From contig JBAZEZ010000009.1 in assembly GCA_041653615.1 (NCBI GenBank), forward strand, positions 5,330 to 69,329: 64,000 nucleotides of DNA. The letters are read 5' to 3'. This document shows positions 37,111-47,082 of the stretch, one piece after another. The position numbers and the translations under genes are program-made. A model generated the notes under the pieces. The model did not search any database. It saw only the letters and a list, made by a program, of their open reading frames with translations, and was not told the origin of the DNA. This DNA comes from Candidatus Ratteibacteria bacterium (GTDB lineage Bacteria; Ratteibacteria; UBA8468; MWAK01). Position 1 is the first letter of the stretch; each line of letters starts with the position of its first letter.

Positions 37111-37530
37111 CTTTTTATCCAACGCCTTATTCGCCAGCTGGTCGGCGGTTTTGTTTTCGTCGTGACTTAGTTTTTCAAAAGAGACTTTCCCCAACCCGGA
37201 AACAAGGCGCTGCGCCAAAAGATGAAACCGCTTGATATCTTCGTTCTTGACCTGGTAACGACCGGTCATCTGATTTATCAGAAGTTCGCTATCGCTATAA
37301 ATCGTTAATTCCAATACATCGGTTTTTGTCGGTAAATTATGCGCATATAAAAGTGTTTCTCCCAATCCGTAAAGAAGCGCGGTATATTCAGCGATGTTAT
37401 TGGTGGTAATTCCAATTTCAAGGCCAACCTCTTTCAGCGATTGGCCTTCCGGGTCATAAAGAGCGACTCCAATGGCAGACCGGCCCGGATTACCCCGGCT
37501 TGCTCCATCAATGAAAATGGTTAGTTTCAT
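37105..37530 (-). CDS. rnhA: Ribonuclease HI family protein
   Basis: IFIDGASRGNPG, TNNIAEY, SDSELLINQM, ADQLANKALD. Confidence 0.9.
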   Translation of the reverse strand: MKLTIFIDGASRGNPGRSAIGVALYDPEGQSLKEVGLEIGITTNNIAEYTALLYGLGETLLYAHNLPTKTDVLELTIYSDSELLINQMTGRYQVKNEDIKRFHLLAQRLVSGLGKVSFEKLSHDENKTADQLANKALDKKQ

Positions 37531-37534
37531 GGTT

Positions 37535-38239
37535 TTATTCTAAATACAAAAGCCGATTACAGCCTTCGCAGGAAACCAGGTCGTTTCCTTTATGCAATTG
37601 GTCCAGGGTACCGGTGGGCAGCCGCGTCTGACATCCGGTGCAGATATTGTCTTTCACCCCGGCCAGAGCTTTACGATTCGCTTTTGCTTTCAAAACCCGT
37701 TCGTAAGAAATCAACATTTCTCTGGGAATCGCTCCGGCCAAAATCGGCCGCCGTTTTTCCTCTTCGGCAAGTTCAGTCCGCAACGCCTCGTCTTCCCGGG
37801 CCAGCACCTTCAATTTTTCGTCCAAAATGCTTTTTTCCTTCTCCAGGCGCTTCTCTTCCTCCTTGCGTATCTTTTTAACCCGGCCCACATTGTCCATCAG
37901 CAAAAGCACGTGTTCTTCTAAATTGGAAATCTTTTTTTTAAAACCTTCAATTTCGGACGTCAACGCCGTATATTCCCGATTGGTTTTAACATCCATTAAC
38001 TGCCGCTGCGCCTTCTTTACGTCTTCCTCCAGCCCGCTTACCTCCGATTCTGTTTCCCTCAAACTTACTTCTTCTTTTTTAACCCCTCCATCCAGAATAA
38101 CCAGCGCTTCGGTTTCCTGCTTAAATTTATCGCTTAGTTTTTCGGTTTCAATCGGTATTTCGGCAACTCGTTTCTTCAAGCGGTAAATTATTCGGTCAGA
38201 ATTTTGTAAATCCCGCAATCGTTCAATTGTCGTGGCCAT
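37535..38239 (-). CDS. C4-type zinc-ribbon coiled-coil protein (CT398-like)
   Basis: Long coiled coil; CTGC...CEGCNRLLY. Confidence 0.88.
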   Translation of the reverse strand: MATTIERLRDLQNSDRIIYRLKKRVAEIPIETEKLSDKFKQETEALVILDGGVKKEEVSLRETESEVSGLEEDVKKAQRQLMDVKTNREYTALTSEIEGFKKKISNLEEHVLLLMDNVGRVKKIRKEEEKRLEKEKSILDEKLKVLAREDEALRTELAEEEKRRPILAGAIPREMLISYERVLKAKANRKALAGVKDNICTGCQTRLPTGTLDQLHKGNDLVSCEGCNRLLYLE

Positions 38240-38257
38240 AGTTTTATAGAACCAGCC

Positions 38258-38533
38258 TCATTTAACTACCCATTCCCCTTCCCGAATCAAACCCAGTTCC
38301 CGCCGGGCTAACTTTTCCGTAAGGAAAGGATTCGTCTTCAACGCTACTATCTCTTCCCTTAACTTCCGGTTTTGCACGGACAATTGAACTTCCTGTTGTC
38401 GGTAAAAACGCAAGGTGGTGCTTAAATGGTTCATCCGCCAAAACCCGGGCAGGTAAACAACTACCGCCAACAGCCAGATTAAGACCGTTACTAATCTCAC
38501 GCGCATCAGTTCAATCCCCCAATCCGGACGCAC
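38258..38533 (-). CDS. Septum formation initiator (FtsB/DivIC-like)
   Basis: TM, coiled coil, EKLARRELGLIREGE. Confidence 0.8.
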   Translation of the reverse strand: MRPDWGIELMRVRLVTVLIWLLAVVVYLPGFWRMNHLSTTLRFYRQQEVQLSVQNRKLREEIVALKTNPFLTEKLARRELGLIREGEWVVK

Positions 38534-38679
38534 GATTCTTGCGGGGGAAAAATTAAGAAATCTTAAACCGCCGAAATTTACTAAAACCCGCAGAAATACA
38601 TCTAAAATATACTACTTAAAGCGCTGTTTTGTCAACTTCAATTGTTGTTTTGCCGTTAAGTACCAATTTATCAAGATTT

Positions 38680-38782
38680 CACCGCGGAGCACGCGGAGTT
38701 CGCAGAGAAATACTTTTAAAGACTATTTTAAAGTTGCCCTTTCGCTCCATACTACTCTACGGTCTCTACGACCTCTGCGATG
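38680..38782. repeat. Nonamer-arm inverted element
   Basis: caccgcggagcacgcggagttcgcagag, AT-rich core, ctctacggtctctacgacctctgcgatg. Confidence 0.7.
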
Positions 38783-38829
38783 CATCTTTCAATTGTCCTG
38801 TTGTCCAAAATCTGATATGATATTATTCA

Positions 38830-40713
38830 GTGAACAAAATGAGCGAGTTTGACTTATATCTCTTTTCGGAAGGTACCCTCTACCGGGCCTACGAAAAATT
38901 GGGCAGCCATCCGAAAACTATAAACGAAAAATCCGGTGTCTCGTTTGCCGTCTGGGCTCCCAACGCGAACAGCGTTAGCGTGGTCGGAGACTTCAACCAC
39001 TGGGACGGTCGGAAAAATCAGATGAACCCGGTCGGTTCTTCCGGAATTTGGGAAATATTCGTCCCGGACCTGACGGAAAAAACGCTCTACAAGTACGAAA
39101 TCAAAACCAGAAATAACACACTCCTGCTTAAGACAGACCCCTACGCCTTCTATTCGGAGGTCAGACCGAAAACCGCCTCGATCGTCTGGAATATCAACCG
39201 GTATGTCTGGCAGGACGACGATTGGATGAAAAAACGTAAAGAAAGACAACACCTGGCCGCGCCGTTGAACATTTACGAAATCCACCTGGGTTCCTGGATG
39301 CGCGGGGAAGGGAACACCTTATTGAGTTACCGGGATTTAGCACCCAAACTGGCTGAATACGTGTTGCGGATGGGCTTTTCCCACGTGGAATTTATGCCGT
39401 TCACCGAACACCCCCTGGATGAATCCTGGGGCTACCAGACTACCGGCTACTTTGCGCCGACCAGCCGATTCGGAACACCGGATGATTTCGCTTACCTGGT
39501 TGACCATCTTCACCAAAATGGAATCGGCGTCATCGCCGACTGGGTGCCGGCTCACTTTCCAAAGGACGGACACAGTCTCGCCCGATTTGACGGAACCGCT
39601 TTATACGAACACACAGACCCCAGACAGGCCGAACATAAGGACTGGGGAACACTCATATTCAACTACGGTCGTTACGAAGTTGCCAACTTCCTGATTAACA
39701 GCGCCTTATTCTGGCTGGATAAATACCACATCGACGGCCTGCGGGTGGACGCGGTCGCTTCCATGCTTTACCTGGATTACTCCAAAAAACCCGGCGAATG
39801 GATTCCCAACCGTTTCGGCGGTAATGAAAACCTGGAAGCGGTTGCCTTTTTGAAAAGACTCAACCAGGTCGTTTACGGCTATCACCCGGATGTTTTCACC
39901 GCGGCCGAAGAATCCACTTCCTGGCCGATGGTTTCCCGACCCACCTACGCCGGCGGTCTGGGTTTCGGATATAAATGGAATATGGGCTGGATGCATGATT
40001 CACTCCACTACATTTCCCGAGATGCCGTCTACCGAAAATTCCACCAACAGAACCTGACCTTTGCCCTCCTTTACGCGTTCAGTGAAAATTTTATCCTGCC
40101 GCTTTCACACGACGAGGTCGTACATGGTAAGGCTTCGCTTCTGGCCAGGATGCCGGGTGATGATTGGCAGAAATTTGCCACCCTGCGTCTCCTGTTGGGT
40201 TATATGTACACTCATCCGGGTAAAAAATTGCTCTTTATGGGCGCGGAAATAGGTCAGTGGCGGGAATGGGATTTTCTCTCAAGCATAGACTGGCATCTCC
40301 TGCAGTATGAACCGCACCGGAAACTGCAGCGGTTTGTCCGGGACTTAAACCTGTTTTACCGGAACCAGCCGCCGCTCTACCAGTTGGATTCAAGCCCGGC
40401 CGGATTTGAATGGATTGATTTCAACGATACGGAAGGAAGTATCGTCTCCTACCAGCGTTACGGACAGGACAAAAATGATTCACTAGTAGTAATCTGCAAC
40501 TTTACGCCGGTACCCCGTTTTAATTACTGCGTCGGCGTCCGCCAACCCGGTTTTTACCGGGAACTCCTCAACAGCGATTCCGAATACTACGGCGGAGGCA
40601 ATCTGGGCAACAGCGGCGGCCTGGAAACTCAAAAAATTCCCTGTCACAACAGGCCTTTCTCCCTTTCCCTAACCATTCCACCCCTGGCTGCCCTCATTCT
40701 GAAACATATTTAG
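38830..40713 (+). CDS. glgB: 1,4-alpha-glucan branching enzyme
   Basis: [68 protein letters not shown]. Confidence 0.97.
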   Translation: MNKMSEFDLYLFSEGTLYRAYEKLGSHPKTINEKSGVSFAVWAPNANSVSVVGDFNHWDGRKNQMNPVGSSGIWEIFVPDLTEKTLYKYEIKTRNNTLLLKTDPYAFYSEVRPKTASIVWNINRYVWQDDDWMKKRKERQHLAAPLNIYEIHLGSWMRGEGNTLLSYRDLAPKLAEYVLRMGFSHVEFMPFTEHPLDESWGYQTTGYFAPTSRFGTPDDFAYLVDHLHQNGIGVIADWVPAHFPKDGHSLARFDGTALYEHTDPRQAEHKDWGTLIFNYGRYEVANFLINSALFWLDKYHIDGLRVDAVASMLYLDYSKKPGEWIPNRFGGNENLEAVAFLKRLNQVVYGYHPDVFTAAEESTSWPMVSRPTYAGGLGFGYKWNMGWMHDSLHYISRDAVYRKFHQQNLTFALLYAFSENFILPLSHDEVVHGKASLLARMPGDDWQKFATLRLLLGYMYTHPGKKLLFMGAEIGQWREWDFLSSIDWHLLQYEPHRKLQRFVRDLNLFYRNQPPLYQLDSSPAGFEWIDFNDTEGSIVSYQRYGQDKNDSLVVICNFTPVPRFNYCVGVRQPGFYRELLNSDSEYYGGGNLGNSGGLETQKIPCHNRPFSLSLTIPPLAALILKHI

Positions 40714-41640
40714 AATCCGGCAACCGCCGCCGCAATTGCTGAATTTCTTGCAGTCAGGACAATTTTTCTTAAGGTTATTTGCCTGAAAATATTTTACCTT
40801 TTCCAGTTCTGTCAACTTTAAAAAGCTATCTTCAAAAAGACTTCCCAGGATTTCGGGATTCTGCTCGCAGGTTCTCAAGTTGCCGGATGAATCAATAACC
40901 CATTTATTCCGGCCGCAGACGCAGGTACCGAAATTAAGGTTCGGATATTGCTCCTGGTCAATGAGGCAGGACTCAACCGGAACCGTAACGTTTATCGGAA
41001 AATTATATTCCCGGGCTTTTCGGTCCGAGGCAAACAAGGCCTTTCCCAATTCCTCTTCGGTCAGCGTTAATCCGGGAAGGTTATTCAGGCCTTCCCCTCC
41101 CGGCACAAACCGGTTTAGGGAAACGCTGTCCGCCGAAAAAGCAAAACAGAGGTCAATGACATCCGCCACTTCTAATAAGTTCTGCTTTGTAATTACGACG
41201 GAAACATTCAATTTTGCCCGGTATTTTTTTACCAGTAAAATTGCATTTCTTACTTTCTGCAACTGGTCGTTTCGACTTAAATAAGAATACGCCTCTTGTT
41301 TTATGCTCGGAAGCGAAATTTCAAAATAACCGACACCGTTACTAACTAAAGCCGAAACCTTCTCTTCATCCAAAAGGATACCGTTGGTGGCGATTCCCAG
41401 TTTGATTTTCCTCTGGTTGAAAAAAGACGCGATTTCTACAATATCCCGATGCAGCAACGGCTCCCCGCCCGCGAAGGTTACTGAATCCGGTGAAACTTCC
41501 TTGAGAACCCTATCAAATAATTCCCTGATTTCTGAAAGTGTGAGTTCTTTCCGGGGATAACCGCTCTTTTCTTTCCAGACATTATAACAGTAACGGCAGT
41601 TATTGTTGCAGCGGGAAGTTACCTCGTAAATAAAAAACAT
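40669..41640 (-). CDS. Radical SAM protein with SPASM domain
   Basis: [20 protein letters not shown]; SPASM cysteines CVCG...CE...CPDC...CGGGC. Confidence 0.92.
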   Translation of the reverse strand: MFFIYEVTSRCNNNCRYCYNVWKEKSGYPRKELTLSEIRELFDRVLKEVSPDSVTFAGGEPLLHRDIVEIASFFNQRKIKLGIATNGILLDEEKVSALVSNGVGYFEISLPSIKQEAYSYLSRNDQLQKVRNAILLVKKYRAKLNVSVVITKQNLLEVADVIDLCFAFSADSVSLNRFVPGGEGLNNLPGLTLTEEELGKALFASDRKAREYNFPINVTVPVESCLIDQEQYPNLNFGTCVCGRNKWVIDSSGNLRTCEQNPEILGSLFEDSFLKLTELEKVKYFQANNLKKNCPDCKKFSNCGGGCRILNMFQNEGSQGWNG

Positions 41641-42611
41641 TACCGGCTTGCCCCAAAGTAAATTCGCCAGATTGCCGACTCCAAATCCGCAATCAATTCA
41701 TTCATTCCGGAAAAGGACTCCTTAAAATCCGCGAACGCTTTCTTGGTTGCCAGGTATTCTTTCTCGGGTAGTTCCGGATAGCCTATTTCTTTTTGACTGG
41801 CTTGGTAATCAGCAAAATCTTTGTTAAAAACCGACGCAAGTTTATCTACTTCCTGCGCCGTTGAAGGCCTTGGAAATGGTATACGATAGGAACCGGGTTG
41901 ACCGGAAAACACATCCAAAATGCAAAATGCCTTTATATCCTGTTGGATGTTGGAAAGGGCTTGGCGATATTCCGACGCATTAATAACCTTTGCCTTCTTC
42001 AAAACCAGAAGCCGGTCAATCTTCAATTCCAAGTCAGCGAGAAAATCCGGTTTCGCCATAATTACCGAATCTGTCGGAATAGCCATCCGCGTCAGCGCAA
42101 GATAAAACGTACCCCGGCCAATGTAATCAATTCTGGCATTACAAATTTTTTTCAGAAGGCCGGTTTCCGCCGCGGCTATCTTTTCTCCGGTAATTTTGTT
42201 TAAACCGGAGAATACTTCATCCGATTCTTTTCGCAGGCTACTACATTCGTCCGGGGAAATTGAACCGCTGTACACTCCGTATTTATCCGGCTCCGGTTTT
42301 TTCGTTTCTATTTGGTCTAACTTCTTCCAAAACGCTTTGAGATTTCTCCATTCCGGGGTACTGTTCAAGGCGGCTATTCTCTGCGCTGAAACGAGGCGCG
42401 TATCTTTTGATTGTCCGGAAACCGTTGGTTTATCCTCCTGAGCGTAACTTATTCTGCCAAAAGAAAGAAAAACGAGGAAGAGGAAAAAAGTACTCAGGAA
42501 GAGGTTTCGGCGATTAATCCGGTTCAGTTTCGCCGGACGAATGCCCAGAAAAAAGACGAGATAGGCGACCAGCACCGCAAATACAACTACAACTGCTTGA
42601 ATGGGTTTCAT
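41640..42611 (-). CDS. Hypothetical exported/membrane helical protein coupled to the radical SAM gene
   Basis: Hydrophobic N-terminus, RRNLF, second hydrophobic stretch, SYA|QE; its TAA overlaps the radical SAM ATG; SD aaaggag. Confidence 0.7.
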   Translation of the reverse strand: MKPIQAVVVVFAVLVAYLVFFLGIRPAKLNRINRRNLFLSTFFLFLVFLSFGRISYAQEDKPTVSGQSKDTRLVSAQRIAALNSTPEWRNLKAFWKKLDQIETKKPEPDKYGVYSGSISPDECSSLRKESDEVFSGLNKITGEKIAAAETGLLKKICNARIDYIGRGTFYLALTRMAIPTDSVIMAKPDFLADLELKIDRLLVLKKAKVINASEYRQALSNIQQDIKAFCILDVFSGQPGSYRIPFPRPSTAQEVDKLASVFNKDFADYQASQKEIGYPELPEKEYLATKKAFADFKESFSGMNELIADLESAIWRIYFGASR

Positions 42612-42613
42612 AA

Positions 42614-42697
42614 ACTCTCCTTTGCCCGCCGTAACATGGACGCCAAGTGACGACGAAACCGTCTGGTAACGAGACGCCCGCTTTGCGAAGGCGGACT
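42614..42697 (-). promoter_or_regulatory. Structured leader motif containing the SD, copy A
   Basis: Homologous to 49534-49618; the closing stem pairs only on the minus strand (G-U). Confidence 0.55.
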
Positions 42698-42816
42698 TTT
42701 TGGGGATTTGCGCTTTTTAAATTTAGACACCGAAATCACCAAAAAGTTCCTTGACGCGCTATTTTTCATAATTTTACCCCTATCTGTTACCAAATGTCTA
42801 TTGGTTTTAGATATAC

Positions 42817-42845
42817 TTGACATAATGTAATGTATATGTTACAAT
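42817..42845 (+). promoter_or_regulatory. Near-consensus sigma70 promoter overlapped by a TGTAA-N8-TTACA palindrome
   Basis: TTGACA-N17-TACAAT with an extended TG; palindrome at 42826-42843. Confidence 0.7.
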
Positions 42846-42877
42846 ATGTACTGTAAACAATACCAAAGGAGGAAAAG

Positions 42878-43498
42878 ATGACGCGGTTGCAGAAAGACGC
42901 GGTGAAAGAACTTGCGGTTTTGTTGTTGGCTGTTATTGCGGTCGGCACAGCATACGTACTGACTCATGATTTGATACACAGTTTATGCTGGCTGGGATTA
43001 ATAGGGTTCCTGGGAATTCTGGCACTGTTTCCTACGGTCGGGCCTGAACCGGAAATGAAACCCGAGGATGATTTTTCATTGCGCCGGGGACATAAAACAT
43101 TAAGCATCGTAATATTTACAGCCGTATGGGCGGTGCTGCAGGGGGTATATTTTACCGCATATCCCAAAAATGGAATTGCCTGGACACCCACACTGGCATT
43201 CGCCGCTTTCGCACTCCTGATAGCCTGGAGGAACCGGAAGGTCATCCGGTTGAGATACCGTATGCCGAAATATGACGAGCGGGAAATGCTTGTCCAAAAG
43301 AACGCGGCGCGCGTATCACTTGGTATTTTCTGGGTCGCGTTCGCTCTGTGGGGCGTCGTGGCGGGAATACTTTCCGATTCTCGCACCTGGCATCTGCCTG
43401 GGGCCACTTACGCATTCCAAGTAGCAATTGGCTTGTGGCTGGTAAAAACGGTCTACGCGATTGCAGTAATATTGCAAGAAAGGAGAGCGGGCGAATGA
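42878..43498 (+). CDS. Hypothetical membrane protein (about 6 TM; YDERE motif typical of XRE-operon membrane proteins)
   Basis: Hydrophobic segments; [15 protein letters not shown]; SD aaaggagg. Confidence 0.7.
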   Translation: MTRLQKDAVKELAVLLLAVIAVGTAYVLTHDLIHSLCWLGLIGFLGILALFPTVGPEPEMKPEDDFSLRRGHKTLSIVIFTAVWAVLQGVYFTAYPKNGIAWTPTLAFAAFALLIAWRNRKVIRLRYRMPKYDEREMLVQKNAARVSLGIFWVAFALWGVVAGILSDSRTWHLPGATYAFQVAIGLWLVKTVYAIAVILQERRAGE

Positions 43499-43704
43499 AA
43501 AACCGCATTGAGAATAAAATCAGGCGGCTTAGATTCGAACACGGGGAGATGACGCAGGAAGAACTGGCCGGCAAGACCGGCGTCACGCGCCAGACAATCA
43601 TCGCCCTGGAAGCCCAAAAATATTATCCGTCTCTGGAACTCGCCTTCCGGATTGCGCATGTTTTCGGCGTCCGGCTGGAAGATGTCTTTCAATACGAAGA
43701 ATAA
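43495..43704 (+). CDS. XRE helix-turn-helix regulator
   Basis: [13 protein letters not shown]...[21 protein letters not shown]...[11 protein letters not shown]; ATGA overlap with the upstream gene. Confidence 0.93.
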   Translation: MKNRIENKIRRLRFEHGEMTQEELAGKTGVTRQTIIALEAQKYYPSLELAFRIAHVFGVRLEDVFQYEE

Positions 43705-43726
43705 CGGTATTCAATTGGGGGTGTCT

Positions 43727-44272
43727 ATGAAAAAGTTACTGCTTCTTATCGGCACGTTGGCGCTGTCGTATCCACTGTTTGCGGCGCCGGTTAATAAAGC
43801 TATGACAGTTCCGAAAACTACGATTGCGCGGGTGGGAACATATGACTCACGCGCCGTAGCGGCGGCATACGTCGGCACAACGGCTTTCAACAAAGACATG
43901 AAAGAACTGACGACGAAGTATGAAAAGGCGAAAAACGAAGGAAACAAAAAGCGAATGGCGGAATTGGAGGCGCAGGGAAAAGCGCAACAGGTGCTGCTGC
44001 ACAAACAGGGCTTCAGTACGGCTCCGGTGGATAACATCCTTGAACACATCAAGGGCAAGTTACCTGAAATCGCCAGAAAGTCCGGCGTTGAAGTAATCGT
44101 GTCAAAATGGGATAAAAAGACGCTTGCCAAATACAAATCGGCGGAGTTCGTGGACGTTACCATGGCGCTGGTGGATGCTCTACAACCAAACGACCGCCAG
44201 CGTAAATCTGCCATCGAGATTCAGAAGCATAAGCCAATTTCGTTAAGGCAGGCGGGAAATATAAATGATTGA
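43727..44272 (+). CDS. Exported hypothetical protein (helical, possibly OmpH/Skp-like)
   Basis: Signal peptide MKKLLLLIGTLALSYPLFA; RVGTYDSRAVAAAY followed by coiled coil. Confidence 0.6.
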   Translation: MKKLLLLIGTLALSYPLFAAPVNKAMTVPKTTIARVGTYDSRAVAAAYVGTTAFNKDMKELTTKYEKAKNEGNKKRMAELEAQGKAQQVLLHKQGFSTAPVDNILEHIKGKLPEIARKSGVEVIVSKWDKKTLAKYKSAEFVDVTMALVDALQPNDRQRKSAIEIQKHKPISLRQAGNIND

Positions 44273-44334
44273 GTTGGATAAATTTTTAAGCGCTTAGAAA
44301 AAGGCTGAACGGAAAAGTTATTTGTATTTTTTCA

Positions 44335-44525
44335 AACGAGGGTGTTTGGTTAAGTAAAATTTCACGTAGTGTCAGGAACAAAACAAGCAGAACGGAGAGG
44401 TGAGTATCCGGGGCTCACCCGAACCACGGGTGAGAACACGGAGAGGCTCGCCTCGGAGTTACGTAGTTTTGTCTGACACGCAGGGTGTTTTACAAACCAA
44501 ACATCCGAGTTATTCAGTGGCACGG
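44335..44525. repeat. Structured ~190-bp repeat, copy 1 (3' of the MFS gene)
   Basis: Colinear with 45750-45990; closing stem gtgtcag..acaaaac/gttttgtctgacac. Confidence 0.8.
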
Positions 44526-45703
44526 AGGGGAATTTTGATTTTCAGGACGGAGAAAAAGTTGACGACCGCAATAAGCGCGCCGAGCACAAAAACATACTGA
44601 TAGCCAAGTTTAAACCAGATTATCCCGCTCAACAAAGCAACGGAAATGGAAAAAAAGTGGTCAATCGTCACACCCATATTCAGGGTCGGCGCAACGTGTT
44701 CCGGGTCCACCGCGATTTTTTTCAAATAAGTTGCCCGCGCCATGCTGACCGAGATGAGCATACCGTCCAGAATAAAACACGCAGCCGCCACCAAAAAAGC
44801 GGCGTTACCGGGAAAAAGTATTTTAGAAAACCCGTAGCCCAGGCAGACAAAAACCAGAACTATCGCTTCCGCCGCCAGAACCATCTTTTCACCCAGCCGG
44901 TCTATCGCACGCCCTAAAATAGGTTGAAAAACGATACCGATAACCCCGGTGATGGTCAGGAGCGTTGCCAGCATCCGGGTCGGCGCTTTAAAAATGGTGA
45001 CCAGGACCCAAGGAGCAAAGGTAAGAAATATCTGTTTCCTGGTTCCGTACAGGATATTCAACCAATAAAAAAGCCGGTATTCCTTATGCAGTTTAAGCCG
45101 GAGTTTGGGATGCTGCGGCTTGTCCGGTTTCATAAAAAAGAGCAAGCCGGCCGCGCCGAAAGAAACACAGGCCGCGATTAAAAAAGCGCTGGCGAATTTA
45201 AAATGAAAATAACTGAATCCCAGAAAAACCGTAAAACTGCCCAAGATTGCGGCAAAATTACCGACACCGCTGAACTGACCCAGCCGTTTACCGACCGCTC
45301 CTTCCCTCGCCAATTCCATCCCGATACTAAAGTTCAAAGGAAGAAAGATATGCTGTCCCAGGCTGAAAATAAAAAGCCAGGCAAGCATAAAGGAGAGCTG
45401 CGGGGAAAAAGAACCGATAAGGATAAGACCTAAACCCTGAAGCAGGAGGGCCAGGACCGCCAGGCGCCGGCCGCACATAAAAAAGAGGAAGGCGGAAACA
45501 AATATCACCAGAAAACCGGGCAGTTCCCGCGGCAACTCCAGAATCGACCTCTGCAAGCTGCTGATTCCAAAAGTGTCGTTCAGGAAATTGTTGAAGACGG
45601 AATTGAAAACCGCCTGGCTGAAACCGATAAGCGCAATCGCCCCCAGAAAAAGACGCACGTCCGGCGATATATTCAAAAAACGTTGTTTGAATTTTTTAAT
45701 CAT
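44510..45703 (-). CDS. Major facilitator superfamily transporter
   Basis: About 12 TM segments; GRRLA and GRAIDRLGEK loop motifs; start at ATG 45703. Confidence 0.85.
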   Translation of the reverse strand: MIKKFKQRFLNISPDVRLFLGAIALIGFSQAVFNSVFNNFLNDTFGISSLQRSILELPRELPGFLVIFVSAFLFFMCGRRLAVLALLLQGLGLILIGSFSPQLSFMLAWLFIFSLGQHIFLPLNFSIGMELAREGAVGKRLGQFSGVGNFAAILGSFTVFLGFSYFHFKFASAFLIAACVSFGAAGLLFFMKPDKPQHPKLRLKLHKEYRLFYWLNILYGTRKQIFLTFAPWVLVTIFKAPTRMLATLLTITGVIGIVFQPILGRAIDRLGEKMVLAAEAIVLVFVCLGYGFSKILFPGNAAFLVAAACFILDGMLISVSMARATYLKKIAVDPEHVAPTLNMGVTIDHFFSISVALLSGIIWFKLGYQYVFVLGALIAVVNFFSVLKIKIPLRATE

Positions 45704-45749
45704 TGAAATCAGCGATCCTAAAATAGTCGCGCTACATTTTTTGACTTGC

Positions 45750-45990
45750 AACGAGGGTGTCCGGTGAACGGCATTTCGCAGAGTTGTTTGTTTTTACCCC
45801 AAATGAGGATTGTTTCTTTTGCAACACTTCGCGGAGTGACAGTTACAAAACAAGCAATACGGAGGCTTGAGTAGCCGGGGCTCGCCTTGTAATATAGGCA
45901 AGAACACGGAGAGGCTCAAGCCGGAGTTGCGTAGTTTTGTCTGACACGTAACGTGTGGAGCAAAAGAAAAATCCGAGTTACTCAATGGAG
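45750..45990. repeat. Structured repeat, copy 2 (3' of galT, 5' of MFS)
   Basis: Shares aacgagggtgt, acaaaacaagca, ccggggctc, agaacacggagaggctc, cgtagttttgtctgacacg and atccgagtta with copy 1. Confidence 0.8.
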
Positions 45991-46997
45991 CGCAAATACT
46001 CCGCCGCGTCCTCCGGCGGCGTGGGATTAATGTAGAAACCGGTTCCCCACTCAAAACCGGCGATTCCGGTAACCCGGGGAATAATCTCCAGGTGCCAGTG
46101 ATAATCTTTGTCTATCGTCTGCCAGTATCCGGACCGGGGTACCCGGTTCGGCGCAGTGTGGATAAGATAGTTGTAGGGCGGTTTATCCAGCGCCTGGTTA
46201 ATCCGGTAAAGTGTCTTTTTTAGAGTTGCGGCCAGGTCCTTTCGTTCCGCCTCGGTCATCTGGTCGAAATCCGGATGGTGCCTTTTGGGCACAATCCAGG
46301 TTTCAAAAGGAAAACAAGCGGCGAACGGAGAGAGAACCATGAAATCGCGACTTTCCTGAATAAGCCGCTTTCCGGAATCAAGCTCCTGCTCAATAATATC
46401 ACAAAAAACGCAGCGCTCTTTCAATTGATAATGCTGCGCCGCTCCGAGTAATTCCTCCCGGACCCTTTTGGGAGTTATCGGTGTGGCAATAATCTGAGAA
46501 TGACTGTGCTCCAGCGAGGCGCCGGCGCCTTCCCCGCAGTTCTTAAAAATAAGAACGTAACGAAAACGAGGGTCCTTCTTCAAATCGAGGGAACGCATCT
46601 GATAAGATAGAATCACTTCCGCAATCTCGCTTTCCGAAAGTTCCGCAATGTCGGTAATATGCCGGGTGGTCTCCACGATTACTTCGTGCGCGCCAACGCC
46701 GTTCATCTGGTCAAACATTCCGATGCCTTTGCGGCTCAAGTCGCCTTCAATGGCCAGGGCCGGATACTTGTTCGGAATCACCCTCAACCACCAGCCGGGC
46801 TCATTTTCCTTGGTACCGGCCTTACGGAAAGAAATAATTTCCGGCGGTGTTTTGGATTCATTTCCCTCGCAAAAAGGACAAAACCCTCCCTTTGCCTCGC
46901 TTCTTTTGTCAAAAACAAAATCCTGGGGGCGGCGGGCCCGCTCGGTGGAAATTATCACCCAGCGGTTAAAAATCGGGTCTTTTCGTAATTGAGGCAT
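45978..46997 (-). CDS. galT: Galactose-1-phosphate uridylyltransferase family (GalT/ADP-glucose phosphorylase-like)
   Basis: MPQLRKDP, CPFCEGNE, VIPNKYPAL, GASLEHSHSQI, CVFCDII, HWHLEIIPR, GFEWGTG. Confidence 0.9.
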   Translation of the reverse strand: MPQLRKDPIFNRWVIISTERARRPQDFVFDKRSEAKGGFCPFCEGNESKTPPEIISFRKAGTKENEPGWWLRVIPNKYPALAIEGDLSRKGIGMFDQMNGVGAHEVIVETTRHITDIAELSESEIAEVILSYQMRSLDLKKDPRFRYVLIFKNCGEGAGASLEHSHSQIIATPITPKRVREELLGAAQHYQLKERCVFCDIIEQELDSGKRLIQESRDFMVLSPFAACFPFETWIVPKRHHPDFDQMTEAERKDLAATLKKTLYRINQALDKPPYNYLIHTAPNRVPRSGYWQTIDKDYHWHLEIIPRVTGIAGFEWGTGFYINPTPPEDAAEYLRSIE

Positions 46998-47016
46998 AAT
47001 AGTCTCCTTCGGAAAC

Positions 47017-47073
47017 GGGAGGGGACGTAGCCCCTCCCCTACATTAACAACGCCGAGCAAGCTCGGCAACTAC
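47017..47073 (-). repeat. Two tandem GTAG REPs (47017-47042, 47052-47073)
   Basis: Reverse complements gtaggggaggggctacgtcccctccc and gtagttgccgagcttgctcggc. Confidence 0.8.
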
Positions 47074-47082
47074 AAATTGCCT

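Noticed and set aside
40669-40713. 45-nt convergent overlap of glgB and the radical SAM gene as a regulatory device
   Set aside because: It is simply explained by loss of the radical SAM stop after CGGGC; there is no further evidence.
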